Part shown: in pieces, positions 36,778 through 51,000 of the stretch | How positions within the stretch are numbered: the stretch's first letter is position 1 | Layout: the number at the start of each line of letters is the position of its first letter | Origin: Marsupella aquatica | Taxonomy: Eukaryota; Plantae; Marchantiophyta | Length of the DNA: 64,000 nt | Assembly: GCA_973895155.1 (NCBI GenBank) | Contig: OZ316895.1 | Coordinates: forward strand, 4,203,659 to 4,267,658 | Reading direction: 5' to 3' | Notes under the pieces: model-generated | The model's database searches: none | What the model was told of the DNA's origin: nothing | Seen by the model: only the letters and a program-made list of their open reading frames with translations | Position numbers and translations under genes: made by a program

Positions 36778-39700
36778 ATGAAAGAGGTGAAGCATTCATC
36801 AGAAGGATCCTCGAGCTCGAATAGTGTGGAGAGCGTGGCGGGGACCCTGGTAACGAGAGCCTGGAACCCCAAGTTACCGAATGATTTCAATGCGGGTCTG
36901 TGTACTGTGGCTGTCGTATCGCTAATGATAGTCATGTCAATAAAGGATACGGTAAAGACCAGCTTTTTAGATGACATCAAACGTCTGATCGTCAGTCCTT
37001 GGGATCTACCAGAAGCGGACATGCCGCAGCATTGGAATTACAGCTCTCATGAGTTTCTACCTGTCATTTCCGACTGGGACGAACAGAGGTTGAGATCGAT
37101 AGAAGCAGATCCAAAGTTCAAGGCACTGAATGGGGCACGACCGCGAGTTCTAATGGTGACGGGCTCTTCTCAAGACGAGGGTGAGCTCTACGTATTGTCC
37201 CATCTTTTACTGAGAGCTGGAAAGAACAAACACGACTACACTCAAACACACAAAATACAACTCTACTACAACATGATCAACCCGGACCCGGAGTTTAGTG
37301 AGTGGTGGGTGAAGCTTCCGGTCGTTCGAATGCTCATGCTGCAACATCCAGAGGTAAAAGCATGTCTATCGAGACATTGTTCAAACTCTTAGTCCAGGGT
37401 TCCACGTACAAAGGAGACTTCATGTTGATTCGTTACTTCGCATTAATTTACTTTTCCGCAATGCGCTGTCGGGTTTAATTTGAATGCTCTTTACTGAAAT
37501 CGGGACTGCAATAAGGTCAAGACCTAGGAGTCGTAAGCATGATTATTCGAAACTTGAAACATGGTGATCGAGAGGCCTGTGCTACAAGTGAACCTTTTAC
37601 GTATGCCCCGTAATTAAGGACTATTGCGTGCCAACGTCAGAATTAATTTTGCTTTGAACTGCGCGTGTCTGAATTATTATTCACGTGAGCCTTCTATAAT
37701 TCCCAACCTTCACATTTGGTCCTAGCTACAGGTAGCTTTCATCGTCGACAGAGCAACTCTTGCCATCCACAGTCGTATCACAACCTTGCCGTTGTTACTA
37801 ATTTGAGATATCCTATGCTTGGGATACGACCGTGGACAGTCTGTCCACACTTCTGTTGGACATTACAATATCCTTTTAAGTAGGCAGCTTCCGAATTTTG
37901 GAGCCCTAAGTACCTGGCCTGGATTCGGACAAGCAGTCTCACTGTCGACCAACCGACGATTCAAGCGTTGGAATGGTTTGGATAAACTCTGTCCGGTGTA
38001 CGATGAGTTTTAACAACCCAGGATGGCTTCGATATGAAATCTCCCTCTCTTAGCTGTCCAGTTGTCAGACTGGACCTTCATTGTTTAGCCATGTCCTCGG
38101 TTTTGAACAGACTCGAGTCGGGTAACGTCATACATCGTCATTAATTCCGGTGATGAGCTACCTTTGGAAGATTTTGAAGAAGAATTGAATTCCCTTATAC
38201 AGACCACATTAGATAGGTAAATCTCATACATTCAGCCATGGTGCAAAGGGAATCTGTTGTGCGAATTGACTCACCCGACTCAAGGGGCTGTGAACAAAAG
38301 AACTTGGAGTGTTTGAATTGTCAATGTTATGTAATTAAGTCTCTGTATAGTACAGAGTTCACTAAAGCTTGCACGGGTTACAGCGAGCTTCCAATTGCGA
38401 ATATTCAGAGCCTCTTTTCAGTCAACCTCTCAGAAACTCCAGTCCTGAGATTTACTCTGATCTACATCAAAATTGTGATTTCTTCAGAATTCTTATCAGC
38501 GATGACTCTTTGGCGTGCTCAGGTGGAGTGGATATGGTGGATGGATGCAGATGCAGTTATCACAGATATGACATTTCAGCCTCCCTTCGCAAATGTAGAG
38601 CGCTACAATATGGTTTTATACGGAGAGGATCGCCCGGTTCACGATAAATTGGATTTTTCAAGCCTAAGCACTGGAATGTTCATGATTCGAAATTGTCAGT
38701 GGTCTCTAGATCTGCTGGGAGCGTGGGCGGATAGGGGAACAGACAGCAAGAGAAAAGAGGCTGGCGATGTGATAGTTCAGGGTGAGATGGAGGTTTATCA
38801 AACCATAGACGTCGTCCCAGGAGATGATCGGTCGAGCCTTGTTGCCCTCCTCGCCAAGGACAAAAGGAATCCCTCTGGCGATCAAAAGTGGGTTCCAAAG
38901 GTGAAGCTGGTCGAGGGCACGGAGTATGTCATGAATGGGAACTGGAAGGTCGTTGGACCTAAACTCGAAGAGCTGAGCCCGGGGCTGAGCCTAGACAGAG
39001 ATCACAAACTGCCCTTCGTGACCCATTTTAAAGGCTGCTTGCCCCATCCCTCCGAGGTCCCCCGGCTCTCAAGACAAGATTCGCGAGATTTCAATGATTG
39101 TGTGGAGCAACTTCAGCGCGCATTCGACTTTGCTGAGAACCAGGTAGGAGATTAAAGTCTACATCTCAGGAGTACAGCATGCACAGTTTTCTTTTGGGGG
39201 ATCGGAGTCGAAAGAGAAGATTTGTGATGAGTGCCAAAGATGACCAATCACACAACAACCGTTGTCGTACAGAAGGAATGGTGATCAAACTCTAAACTTT
39301 TTTTGGTAGGTGTTGAAAGAAACTAAGAAGTTTTCTCGTTTCAATTTTACTCGAACAGGAATTTATGCTTCTATAACGCTGTTCTGTGCAAAAGAGGTCT
39401 TATTTGTGTGAAATTGTGATCCACATTCACTGAGCGGGAGGAACCTCAATGTTCTCGACACATCGGCTCGACCCATTTAGACAGGTGGAAAACATGAAAG
39501 GTAGTGTGGGACTCGGTGGAGAATTAAAGTTGAGGACGACTCAAACCTTCGCCACTCAAATCTAGACATCAGCAGATTACAAAGCGACTCTTTGCCTGTC
39601 ATACTTAGATATAAAGGGGCTTTTGGAGTTTACCATGGGCAGGCGGATGTTTCGACCTTAGCTGCATATTGACGAATTAATCTCTTGCAGGTCTACAAAA

Positions 39701-41925
39701 AGCTGGGTCTAGAACGGACCACTCTTGGCAACTCTTCAGAACCATTCACCTGGAAAGTCGCTCCTGAAAAACACTCGCCAGAAACGGAGTTTAGTATCCT
39801 ACCTATCGTAACAGGTTGGGATGAGGCGCGCAAAGCTTACATGGAGAGTGAACCTGGGATTGCACAGGACTTGGCAATGCTTATTAGCGGATCCTCACCG
39901 ACACCGTGCACGGTGAACGAGGGATCTCACCTTCTCGTTAGGTAATAATCAGATTTTCAAATGTTTCAACGGCCTCTAACTGTCACCATTTCAAGGACCT
40001 TTCATAAGTTGCTCTTGTCCTAGCTTCCTTCTTGAGGGATCGCCCTAGACCATTAGTGCTGCTTTAGTATCATAACGTGATTTCGGGAAAAATAATGAAT
40101 GTCATTTTTCTTGTGACCATACGTCAGAGTAATGCTGACGAGCCACGCAGATCACTGTAAGAATTGCGGGATCCAGGTCCTTAAGGTGGACTCTAGCTGA
40201 CAAAATCGAGAATACTGCTAATTTGCTTGTTGCTAGCGCTATCTTCCAGAATTCCTCCTCGTAGTGATCTTTGTTGTTCAATTCTTTGTAAATTGATTCG
40301 ATTTGACCTTGTAGCTGGTCTTTTAATCACCTTTGAGTTTTTTGGCACATGATTTCAGGGGACTAAAGAACAAAATAGACTACGGTCGCGTGCATGGCAT
40401 TAGAATGTTCTACAACATGGCTGTTCTTCACAAGACGTTGAAAGGTAGTTTGAGTACCATAGGCATTTTTCGAGTGCACTGAACGTGCCAATTATTAGTC
40501 TTCTGCATTTGGGCCAAGTTCTTGGCGACTGTACATGTTCTCCAAAAATGGACAGGAAATCAATCCAGATGGAATAATTTATCAAAATAATTCTTATTCA
40601 TAGAATCAGGTTTTCTGGCTATGCTGTTAGATCGAATCAATTCGTGAATGGTTTAGGAGGGTTAAACAGATTAGATTGTTAATTAAGTGTAGATTTAACT
40701 AATCAACTTTAGACTGTTCACAGAGTCACAAACAGTTTATCCAAAAGCATTTCACGGAATGACGACCGTTCGTGTTTTATGAACATATCAGAAGATTGGT
40801 TTGCGAAGCTTCCAGTTCTTAAAGTGATGATGATAAACAGCCCAGATGTGGAGTGGATTTGGTGGACCGATAGCGATGCTGTGTTCACAAGTATGGATTT
40901 TAAAATCCCATTTGAAAGGTAAAATTCTGTTTTTGACTCTGCTATATCTCGACATTGACTCTAGGGCGTCATTTAAATTTGCCTTATCCAGCTCCAGGAT
41001 GGCGGACGTGTCAGCACAACAAAATAAACAAAAATGACGGACAAGGTCTTTATTTTCAGCACAATGTGTAGACCCATTCATGAACTGCGCATAATTATGT
41101 GCGGGCAATCGTGCAAGTGAGCTAAATTATATATTTGCTATGGTTCGCAGGTACAATGTCAGTGGCTACAACCTTGTGCTGTGGGGTGACGAGCATGAAG
41201 TGTTCGACCTAAAGAAATACAACGGGATCAGCACCGGAGACATGTTCATACGAAATTGTCAGTGGTCATTAGACCTCTTGGACAGATGGGCTGCGTCAGC
41301 AAATCTCACAGGAGACTTTTTGCGCTCTTTTCTTGACAGGCCATCAATGGAGCTCGCAGACGACCAGTCCAGCTTGGTCTATTTGCTCTTAACGGAGCGG
41401 GAGAGATGGGCATCTAAGGTGTACTTCGAGACTGATATTGTGCTGAGTGGGGAGTGGCACTACTGGAGCAGGCTCTTCAGCGATGAATACAGAATGCGCG
41501 CAGATGAGAGGCCACTCATAACCCATTTTGCGGGCTGCAGTCCTTGCGAGGAGAAAGTTGGTACTGACTTATGTCATGAGAGGTTGGACATAACGTACAA
41601 TTTTGCTGATAACCAAGTGCTGGGCAACTACGGGCTTCGCCATGAGCGCCTTAACTCGTCACGTATCATTGGCGATTTTCAGGGAGATGCGAAGCTGTGG
41701 ACCCATTTTGAGATAGAAGGAATGGTCACTAAATCTGCGGACGAACTCTCAGCAAGGAACAAGGTCTTGGATCCAACCAAAGAGGAGGTGAATGTTATTA
41801 CACAGAAGGAAGAGGAGGGAAAGATGGAGCCAACCAAGGAGCAAGAGGAGGTGGCCGAAAACAATGAGGAGCAGCGGGAGGAGGTGACCGGAACGAAAGA
41901 GGAGACGGTGGAGCCAATGACGTAG
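36778..41925 (+). CDS. GT34-family glycosyltransferase (XXT/GMGT-like) with two tandem GT34 domains and an acidic tail; paralog A, about 810 aa
   Basis: Exons 36778-37353, 38523-39143, 39691-39941, 40359-40444, 40792 (or 40795)-40918 and 41151-41925, all GT-AG and in frame. N-terminal TM helix. GT34 motif series (WDE.R, GSS, KNK.DY, W.KLP, WIWW.D.DA, IRNCQWSLDLL, DD[QR]S, THF.GC, FA.NQV) occurs twice. Confidence 0.88.
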
Positions 41926-43772
41926 CAAGATGAGATGACTACGACGACTAAAGAGAAAGCAACAGGTGACCTCAACCAACGGGGACGAGCAAGCACCGCA
42001 ACCAAAGAGAAGTAGAGAAGGAAGAGGACGAAGAGAAGAGGAGATTGAGGTCGAAGACAAAGAGGTCCCGACTGAGGAGCAGAGAGTGGAAGAACAAGGA
42101 AACTTGGTGGACTGGCGAGGAAAATGTTGGTATACCCAAAGAAACTGAACCTGGTAATGAAAGCCTAGCTTGAAGGGATGGAAGCATCCAACACGGCAGT
42201 ATAGGGTGGGAGAAATATGTGTATATATAGGAGAAGGTTGACTAATTCTAGAAGTATCAACTTGGCAAGGTACCTGAGAAATGAAGGTCCCTAAGGACGA
42301 GAAGGTGCAGCCAACGTAGTAACGGGCGTAGGAAAATATGATGAGCAGAAACCTGATAAACCCTAAGAGCTAGGAATTAATTAATCGCCAGGAGGAGCAA
42401 ACCACTCAAAGCCAGAAGAAGCAAGAGGCACGTAGTGACAGTTCAGTACGTACTCCAGCAAATGGGAAGTCAGCTGCAGCCATGCTAGAGAAATTCGAGG
42501 ACCCCTAATGGATGGTGAGGCATTGCATAGAGCAGGGTCGGGACAAGATGTTGCCAACCGATGGCTTGTAAGCAGGACTCAACTACGGGTCCCGCTACGG
42601 GCACGAGGGCAGAAGTCGGAGTACTGAAGGAGGGTAGGACGGAGTTTCATCAAACCTGCCAGAGAAAACTATCTAACAGAAACGCGGAGGAGACTGCGTT
42701 ACTAGCTAATTTACAGTCCACACTCAGGAACCAGGACAACGACACAGCTAAGGAGGCGCCCAAAGAGGTATAAAACATTTCCAGTTGGTCGCGAGAAGTT
42801 TGTGAAAAGCTTCCGAGTGTCCTCAACAGCCAGATTTGCCAGGATATTGTCCAGCATCAACCCGAGAGAGCGGCTCCCTTCAAACTGACATTCTTCCACT
42901 ACGATTCTGCTCCTATATGTGATATAAGTTCTACCTGCTCTGTGTATATTTGTTCTTTTCATAGGGAAATGTCGTGACGCTGAGAATGCAGTCTCAAGGA
43001 TTTTTACTGGAAGAGTTACTGATTGTACGAGAGGAAGATTCCTGGTTGATTGCTCTTGTTGGAATTCTTCGCAACGGTTATCTTTTTGGGGATCCTGGCA
43101 AATGATATCAAATAAGAGCAAAGCCTTATGCTCTTTGGTCAAAATCTGTATTTGCTCTTACAAGTTGCGTGAAAATGTGGGGGTAAATTTGTACGGTTGA
43201 GGACAGCGCTGAGGCTGGCATTAATTTCTATTTTGGATTTTGTGATCCATCAACCACCCTGTGAAAGCATTTGAGAATCCAAATTAAACCACCTCTGATT
43301 GGAAAAACAAAGCGCTATGGCCAGAATCTGTGGCCTTCAATCGTTTTTTGCTTTTCAGAGACCAAAACTGGCAACCCAGTTCTTGAATTAGAGAATGTGC
43401 AGAAAGTTTCAAACTGGCAACCCAGTTTTTCATTTACAGTCTCGTAAGAGAGACATTGAGTATATACTGATCGCGGATGAGGTCGGGAGAAGCGCGCAAC
43501 GTGACTCAATGTGAGACACAGAAAGTAACGCAAGAGACATAAAAATCCCAAAGGCTAAAAAATGAAAATTGATTACTCCTTACTATGTCGCTAAGTTAGC
43601 AAAGCCAGATGCAAGGGCGAACGACGACAATGGCCAAAACGGGAGACAACGGGAAGTTACAATAGTGCGTCTCAGTCCTTAACAAGATAAGGCCCACCCA
43701 GGCCTTAACAAGATAAGGCCCTTCAGTGACAACCAACCCAAAGCTCCCACAAGGAAACTGCATGGGCAGAGG

Positions 43773-43838
43773 ACATTACCATATTATTAACCACACTCTG
43801 TTAACATTACCATATTATTAACCACACTCTGTTAACAT
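43773..43838. repeat. 31-bp tandem duplication
   Basis: acattaccatattattaaccacactctgtta occurs twice. Confidence 0.9.
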
Positions 43839-45791
43839 TGGCACATACTGTTTGCCTGTGTTGGACTGTACTGCACAATGTGGTTCAGTGGCCGTGGCCA
43901 AAATTTGAACAAGCCTTGCTCTTTGGTAAGTGAGATCAAAGATGGAAGACAAGAATACTCAGACGAGAATACTCAGCAATGGTGTTCGCAAGTTAGTTTT
44001 GCAAGTGTGCCCACATTGAAACTCATCGCATTGGAAGGAAGCTGAAAGGAACTTTTGTGTACACCATTTTTGGAGTATGAACAAAAAGGAGGAACATTAA
44101 TTTGCACTGTCTAGATTGTGGAGTACATTGACAAATTGTACAGTTTAAATTGTGTACATTGTGGAGTTAGTACATTAATAAATGCACATTTGGTCCTACA
44201 AATCTGTACTATAGTTCAATCTACTCTTGATCTAGAATTGTAAGAAGATCCTTACAAAGTGGTCAACAATGCAGTTTGCCTAGTTGCTTAGCTGCCAGCT
44301 TCAATGCATGTTGTTGCTCTCCTTTCACTTTCTTCAAGGCCTTCTCTACATAGAAGGCTTCTAAGGCCATTGATGCTTTCTGTCCAATCAGTGCTTGGCC
44401 TCAGCCTGAGCTTGGGTTCTGGCTTCACGTTGCTCAGTAATGTCTTGGCCCTTCCACTTGTCACGACTTACAATAAAATAATTCTTTCTGACAATCAGCC
44501 CCAGGTACACAACTCTTGCATAATAGGCAGGGTCTACATATTTATATATATGGACTAAAAAGTTGGCTATAAGAAAAATTTAAATTTGAAAAACTTGGGT
44601 TTTTCCACTTTTAAATAGTTTGAAGTCATATTTAAAAGGTTTGGTTTTATTATTTTCCCACATAAAATTAAAAACTATTCCTAAAGTGTAAGTTGTAATT
44701 TTTATTAAAGTATTTTTAGAATGATGATTGTATTGATTTACTTCTCTCGTTATTAAATTCTTTATTAAATATGAACTATATATTTGTGTATAACTGAAAA
44801 AATGCATAAATAAAATAGATTTTATTATTTTATATTATTTATAGGAGAGATGATTAAATTAATGATGCAAGCATAACTCTTGTGAGGTCACCTTTAGGAC
44901 AGGTTGTTTGAGCCGTATGGGGGGAACTGGCACATACAGGTATGATGAGACCCAAGCAGTTGGGTGTGGCAACGAGTGGGCTCAATTATGCTAATCTAGC
45001 TATTGTACAATTTTAGACCATCTCCAGAGGTTGTCCAAACATTTGCAAATTTGACTTCCCCATTCAAGCCTTTTGCATTTGCATTTATTGAAGTAAAATT
45101 CAGCAGATTTTCGTCTAAGCGTGTGTGACCTGCAAGAAGGGACCCAGTTTGCTTTCGTGAATCACACAATCACGTGAGTGCCCGCAACCTCTTGAAAGTC
45201 ACTTTCAATCTAACTAATATTTTCGTCTTAGAAAGCTACGCTTGGAAGCCTATGACGTACACTCAGCCTCTCAGGTGGCGGCAAAGTAATAATTCGTGAA
45301 TTTCTGATCGAAAGGTACCTAGCCTCTCTGGAGCTCATGGTTTAGACTGTGATTCTCAGGTGGCGGCAACAGGTGAGGAAGGCAAAGCTTGGTCAGTCAA
45401 TGTCTTGTAAAGCAGCCACACTGATTGCTACGAAACTGATTGGACAGGCACGACGACCAGGTGTATCCTGACGAGCTCTTGTGGACGTCCTCCTGCCTCA
45501 TGTCCTTTATTTCGGATCCAAAATGAATGACTCGGCAACTTAATTGTGCACACAACATCACCTTTTCGACAGATCTGGTACACTGTCTGTGACTTCTGCT
45601 GCGAAATTGAGCACGAACTGATTCGCTTGGACGGTGGTGCTCGACACTAGTCCGTGTGTGTGTAAACATTCATATTCGTTCTGAAAACTTTAACCTGGTT
45701 AGTGGTGCTCATGTATCCCAGAAACTTTATTAAACTTGCTTTTCAGTGTGAGGGCAGAATTTTACCAGCCGGCCACTTTTTCCCATCTCTT

Positions 45792-46088
45792 CAGTTTGCA
45801 TCTACTTCAGTTTGCCTACAGGTATGTTCTTGGTTTTCTGTTCCTGGATTTTGTTGCTTCGGCTGGGCTCCTTTGGGCTTTTTGGCAGTTTGCATCTACT
45901 TCAGTTTGCCTACAGGTATGTTCTTGGTTTTTCGTTCCTGGATTTTGTTGCTTCGGCTGGGCTCCTTTGGGCTTTTTGGCAGTTTGCATCTACTTCAGTT
46001 TGCCTACAGGTATGTTCTCGGTTTTATGTTCTTGGTTTTTCGTTCCTGGATTTTGTTGCTTCGGCTGGGCTCCTTTGAGCTTTTTGGC
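45792..46088. repeat. 94-bp tandem repeat x3
   Basis: cagtttgcatctacttcagtttgcctacaggtatg at 45792, 45886 and 45980; the third copy has a short internal duplication. Confidence 0.92.
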
Positions 46089-48092
46089 TCTTTCCCCTTG
46101 ATTGGGTCTCTCCCTCTGGAGTCGGCTGGACTCCTTTGACCTTTTTACCTCTTTCCCCTTGTTTGGGTCTCTCTCCTCTGGGGTCATGTTTCCTGGTTGG
46201 GAGACTTCTGATTTTATAGCTTGTTATACTAGGTGACACCTTGCCAAAATATATGCTTGTGACCTATTTCAGCACGACAAAAGTTCTGGGTGAATTTTGC
46301 CCCCGATTTTGCCTCAGGTCGAAGAATTCAGATCACTCCGTCTGGAACTTAATGTCTTCCCGATTTCCCAAACCCCGAACCCCGAACCGGCCAACTTATA
46401 ATTCCTCACCTATAAGTAGGGACATCAATTTACTCCAATGGGCGAATTATTTTGCGAATTATTTATTGTTTCAGTCAACCTAGTTACTAGGGTATCCCAA
46501 AAAACAGGTTCATGTTCGTCAAAATTTGTCCTCTTAATGATTTACATAATGGAGTGTCTAATTATTGTACGTAAATATTCTGGTCATCAGGTGAATTTGT
46601 ATTTTTGTGTACCCAACCTATGAAGGTTCCTATAGCCACACCTTTTGGACGTATAGCTCACTAGGTAGCCACTGACCTTTCGTACGTTTAAGTACTATAG
46701 TATTTGCTGATGTCAAGGAATAAAAATTGAGGAATCAGACATTTGCCACATAATATAGTGTTTCCTTGACTGGAGGTCGACGACATTGAGACTCCTTTCG
46801 AAGACTCAGGTAGTCCGACCGTCTTTGCGTGATTGAATTTGGGGCCAACGCGATGTACACGGTATGTTGCATGATCTCCTCCTGTTAGGCCGCAGTGGTA
46901 TAGGGCTTTACAGTACAGAAGGCGTTTCTAATTTGCATTTTCGTTGAATTGCAGTCTGCTTCGTTCAGATTTTCCTGGGCTCATACTAGACCGCATTGGT
47001 ACGGGGCTGCGCTGTACAGCGAGCGTTTCTAGTATACACTCTCGTTCAATTGCAGTTTGCTTGGTTCACAGTCCAAACTTCAATGCACTGAATCCCTGGA
47101 AATGTGAAACGGGCCCTTGATTCTGACGTGGGAAATTTCCGTCGACCGTAGAGTCCCAGCCTGTTCCATGGTGGCAGTCGGTACCTGGATTGCACTGGGA
47201 TTGGGAATTGGTCTCGAAATCCGTACGAGGTGCTACTGAGATACTGGCGCACTCGCAGTAGAGACAGTACGTAGCTCCGATCCTAGGGCCGTGTGGGATA
47301 TGACAAACTTGATTGTAAATCCAGTGAAGCGATCGATCCTTTTGGGCTATGAATCGGACCTGTTTTGTTATTAAGTCAGAAATCCAGGTGAGTGATCAGG
47401 TTTTTAGCTGATACTCCCTTCAGCTGTGGCTAGGTGCTATGACGTCTTGAATTAAGTCCCCTTTGAAAGATGTGTTGGTCGGACCGAAGGTATTTGAGCT
47501 CTGGATTTTGTAACGGTTTCGCGATTAGGCGAAGCTCAAATACTCTGTACCTCATCAAATAGTCTGCCAAGTTGAGAAATCCTGTTGGGATTTTCGGATC
47601 CGAGTTAGCGTTTTTTCTAGCTCGATCAGTTCGCTGTGCTCACAAGTCTCGGAAATTTTCTAAAGTTATTAGAATTTTACAATAATTATGCTGAATTATT
47701 TTGATGATAACACGAATTGAAGGGTGACTGAAAGTTTTCTAACTTGTCATGCAGCCGCTGACGATGTCCACGATTCCATGCGAATTCGAGTGTCAGTGAC
47801 AGAATTCCTGGATCGATTGCTTTGGGCTTCTGCCTTTCAATTATTGCAGTTTCTCAGCTCATCCGTTGTCAAGGTCCGCATGAGTTACAACAGGATAAAA
47901 TGGCAGTAGTCATGGATCGACAGTAGTCATGGATCCTAGAAATTGTGATCATGATTCTCCGATCAGTCAAATATAGCTGACACATTTGAGCCGATCGAGC
48001 TCCAGCTCAAGGATTGCGCGCAATTTTGTGAATGATTATACTCTCGGCGTTTAAGACACTGAGCTGATCAATCGCAGGCGCTCAACGTCAAG

Positions 48093-51000
48093 ATGAAGTA
48101 TACGAAGATGAGGCAGCCAAACTTTAACGGAGGGATACGAATTCCTAGAAGTAAAGTCTGGAGCAACCTGCACTGCAATGTGGGGCTTGTTATTCTGGCT
48201 GGAGTGACGGCCTTAGTGATTATGTTCGAGCGGGAGAGTTCTGAAATCAGCGCTGGTCTGCTCGATGACTTGAAAAGCGTGATGGTCTCGTCTCGCTCGG
48301 TGAATGAGCCACATTGGAACTACAGCTCCTATAGTTTCTCGCCGAACGTTTCTGATTGGGACGAGCAAAGGGCAACATGGATGACGGAGCATCCCAGTCC
48401 GAGGGCAAGAGCGGGTGGAAAGCCCTACATTATGATGGTTACTGGCTCCTCCCCAAAAGCATGTGATCCCACAATTCTCTCGCACCTTTTTGTGAGGAGC
48501 AGTAAGAATAAAGTGGACTACAGTAGGTTGCACGACATTGAGCTCTACTACAATCTCGGTGAGCCGGACGAGCATTTCAGTGACTGGTGGGTGAAGCTGC
48601 CTGTCATTCGAATGCTCATGCTGCAACATCCACAGGTAAGCTGTCGACTGCCTTGTGCGAGCTCTCATGTAAATTGAAACGTACTTAGTTTAATTATGGG
48701 CCTCTTCGATCGATTATGGGCCTCTGACTTCGATTAATTATGGGCCCAAGGTTCAGATCTTGGGAATGTACATCTGTTTGAATGTGGAGCTGAATCGAGG
48801 GCTCAATTTTAGCTCCGCGTATTTCTGGACGAACACCTCTCGACACACATGATGGCTGTTTTTCCTGGAATTCAGCGGAAGTCGCCAAAATCGGTCCCTA
48901 GACAGCATCATGCACGTACGGGGTTCGGTTTGGAAGCGATCAAATTAAAAAAGTACTTTCACCGCTTGAAAAGTGCATAACTTTGTTTTCCTGGCATCTC
49001 TTCAATTTCGTCCAACACTAACCTTCGTCCAACTCTAACCATCAGTCAGAATTCGATCTCTGACTGAATTGAACGACATTTTAAGACTGTCATCTTTGCC
49101 AAGGGCTGCCGAATTGATATGCAGTGTCCTGTCGCCGATTGCTCAGGTAGATTGGATGTGGTGGCTCGACGCAGATGCGGTGATCACAGACTTGTCATTC
49201 GAGCCGCCCTACCCAGAGCTCGAGCACGACAACTTGGTGCTGTATGGAGAAGAGGGACAGGTATACGATAGAAGAGCCTGGAAGGGCCTCAGCACCGCCA
49301 ATTTCATGATCCGAAACTGCCAGTGGTCTCTCGACCTCCTTGATGATTGGGCGTCTATGGGTAAGACCAGCGTCAGAGAGGAGGCTGGAAAGTTCCAGAG
49401 CGAACTATTGAGCGATCGACCGCGGGACTTCGCAGGGGATGATCAGTCAAGCCTTGTCGCTCTGCTTGCTCAGGACAAGAGAAAGCCCGTAGGAAAGCAG
49501 CGGTGGGCACCCATGGTTAAGCTGGTGAAGGAGACCGAGTACAACATGGCCGCCAATTGGACAGTGGTTGGGCCAAAACTAGAAGAGCTGGGCCTGCCTG
49601 GACATGAACCTGTGCCTTTTGTAACTCACTTTGCAGGCTGCCTGCCTTCCTGCAATGTCAAGCCGCAGATGTCGAAACCATTTCTGGATGCATGTGTTGA
49701 GCAACTGGGGCGCGCTTGTGATTTCGCTGACAATCAGGTGAGCATTTCGTCGAAGTTGCCGCAGTACTAGAACTGCGCTGAACTAAGCAATTCCCTTCGA
49801 ATCCTGCCCCATGGTATCTCGGATTGCATTTCTTTGAATGGAGAGCAACCTTTTCTTTTCCATAATTGCAAAAAGGCCGACCCTTTTATTCTATTTGATA
49901 TGATTTTCAGGAGTTCAAAGCATATTGGGGCCTGTCTAGATAGCTTCGGGGGCAATTAACCGAGTGAGGGAACGGTTCATGTGTATCATTCTGCAAGTTG
50001 GAAGGTGGACCAACTAATTTATGGTCGAGTGATAATTTATCAGTTCACATGAGAGCCAGAGAGGAGGATTCACGAACACCAGAGATGGTGAACTGGTGGC
50101 TATCTCCTATGTTTAGCGGAAGCTGGGTGCGGGTGAGCTTTCTCTTCGCACAGGTGGCAGATAAATCACATAATTTAGGATGCGAATGAAACTAAGGTTG
50201 CATGTCTGACATACAGATATACAAGGAATTTGGGTTCGAACCGCGCAGACTTGGAGACCATGTAGAGCCGCTGGAAAAGAAACAACCCACTGGTGCCGTT
50301 ACGAAGGAATTCACAGCTGATGGGGAAGAGATCTACAGGATACCTCCCAGGTATTCGGATTGGGATGAGAGGCGCCTAGCGTGGATACAGCAACATCCTC
50401 CCACCAAGAGGGATGAGGTGATCCTTGTGAGTGGGTCTGCGCCGGATCCTTGCCCAGGGAAGCAAGGGAGTCATCTGCTTCTTAGGTATGCATTAATAAT
50501 TGACATCTCGATGCTACTCTTTTGTGTAAGTCAAGTTCTCTTAGCTAGCTGGTAGAAATGATAATGTACTATTGACACGCATGGGTTTTCCATCGACTTG
50601 TTTGGCAGCACAAGTCAAATGTGCAATTGTACGTGAGGCTGGTGATGACCATACATACAATCCCTTTTGCGCAGGGGATTGAAGAATCTAATCGACTATG
50701 GCCGCAAAAATGACGTGATAGTCTTCTACAACAATGCAGCGATAGACAAGAATTTGACAGGTTTGTATTCCATCCTGCTAGACTTTGCCAGCAATCTACT
50801 GGAGGTGGCGACATCACGCGTTGAGTTTATGTTTGAAGCAGTATTTCTATCCTCCAGCTAGCTATCGAGAAATGGATCTTGAACTGTATTTCTCCATATC
50901 ACTCGATACTCCTGCAGTATTTTTCTGTGAGTCTACCCCTCGATAAGATCCTTGTCCACATGTATCTGATTGGCAGTCAACAATTCAGAGTCGGTTCCTA

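Noticed and set aside
39691-41925. Second GT34 domain as an independent gene
   Set aside because: It has no own start codon or TM anchor, and exon 3 begins with the conserved end of domain 1. The same arrangement occurs in paralog B.
45702-46139. Hydrophobic repeat ORFs as membrane proteins
   Set aside because: They are artefacts of the 94-bp repeat, whose period is not a multiple of three.
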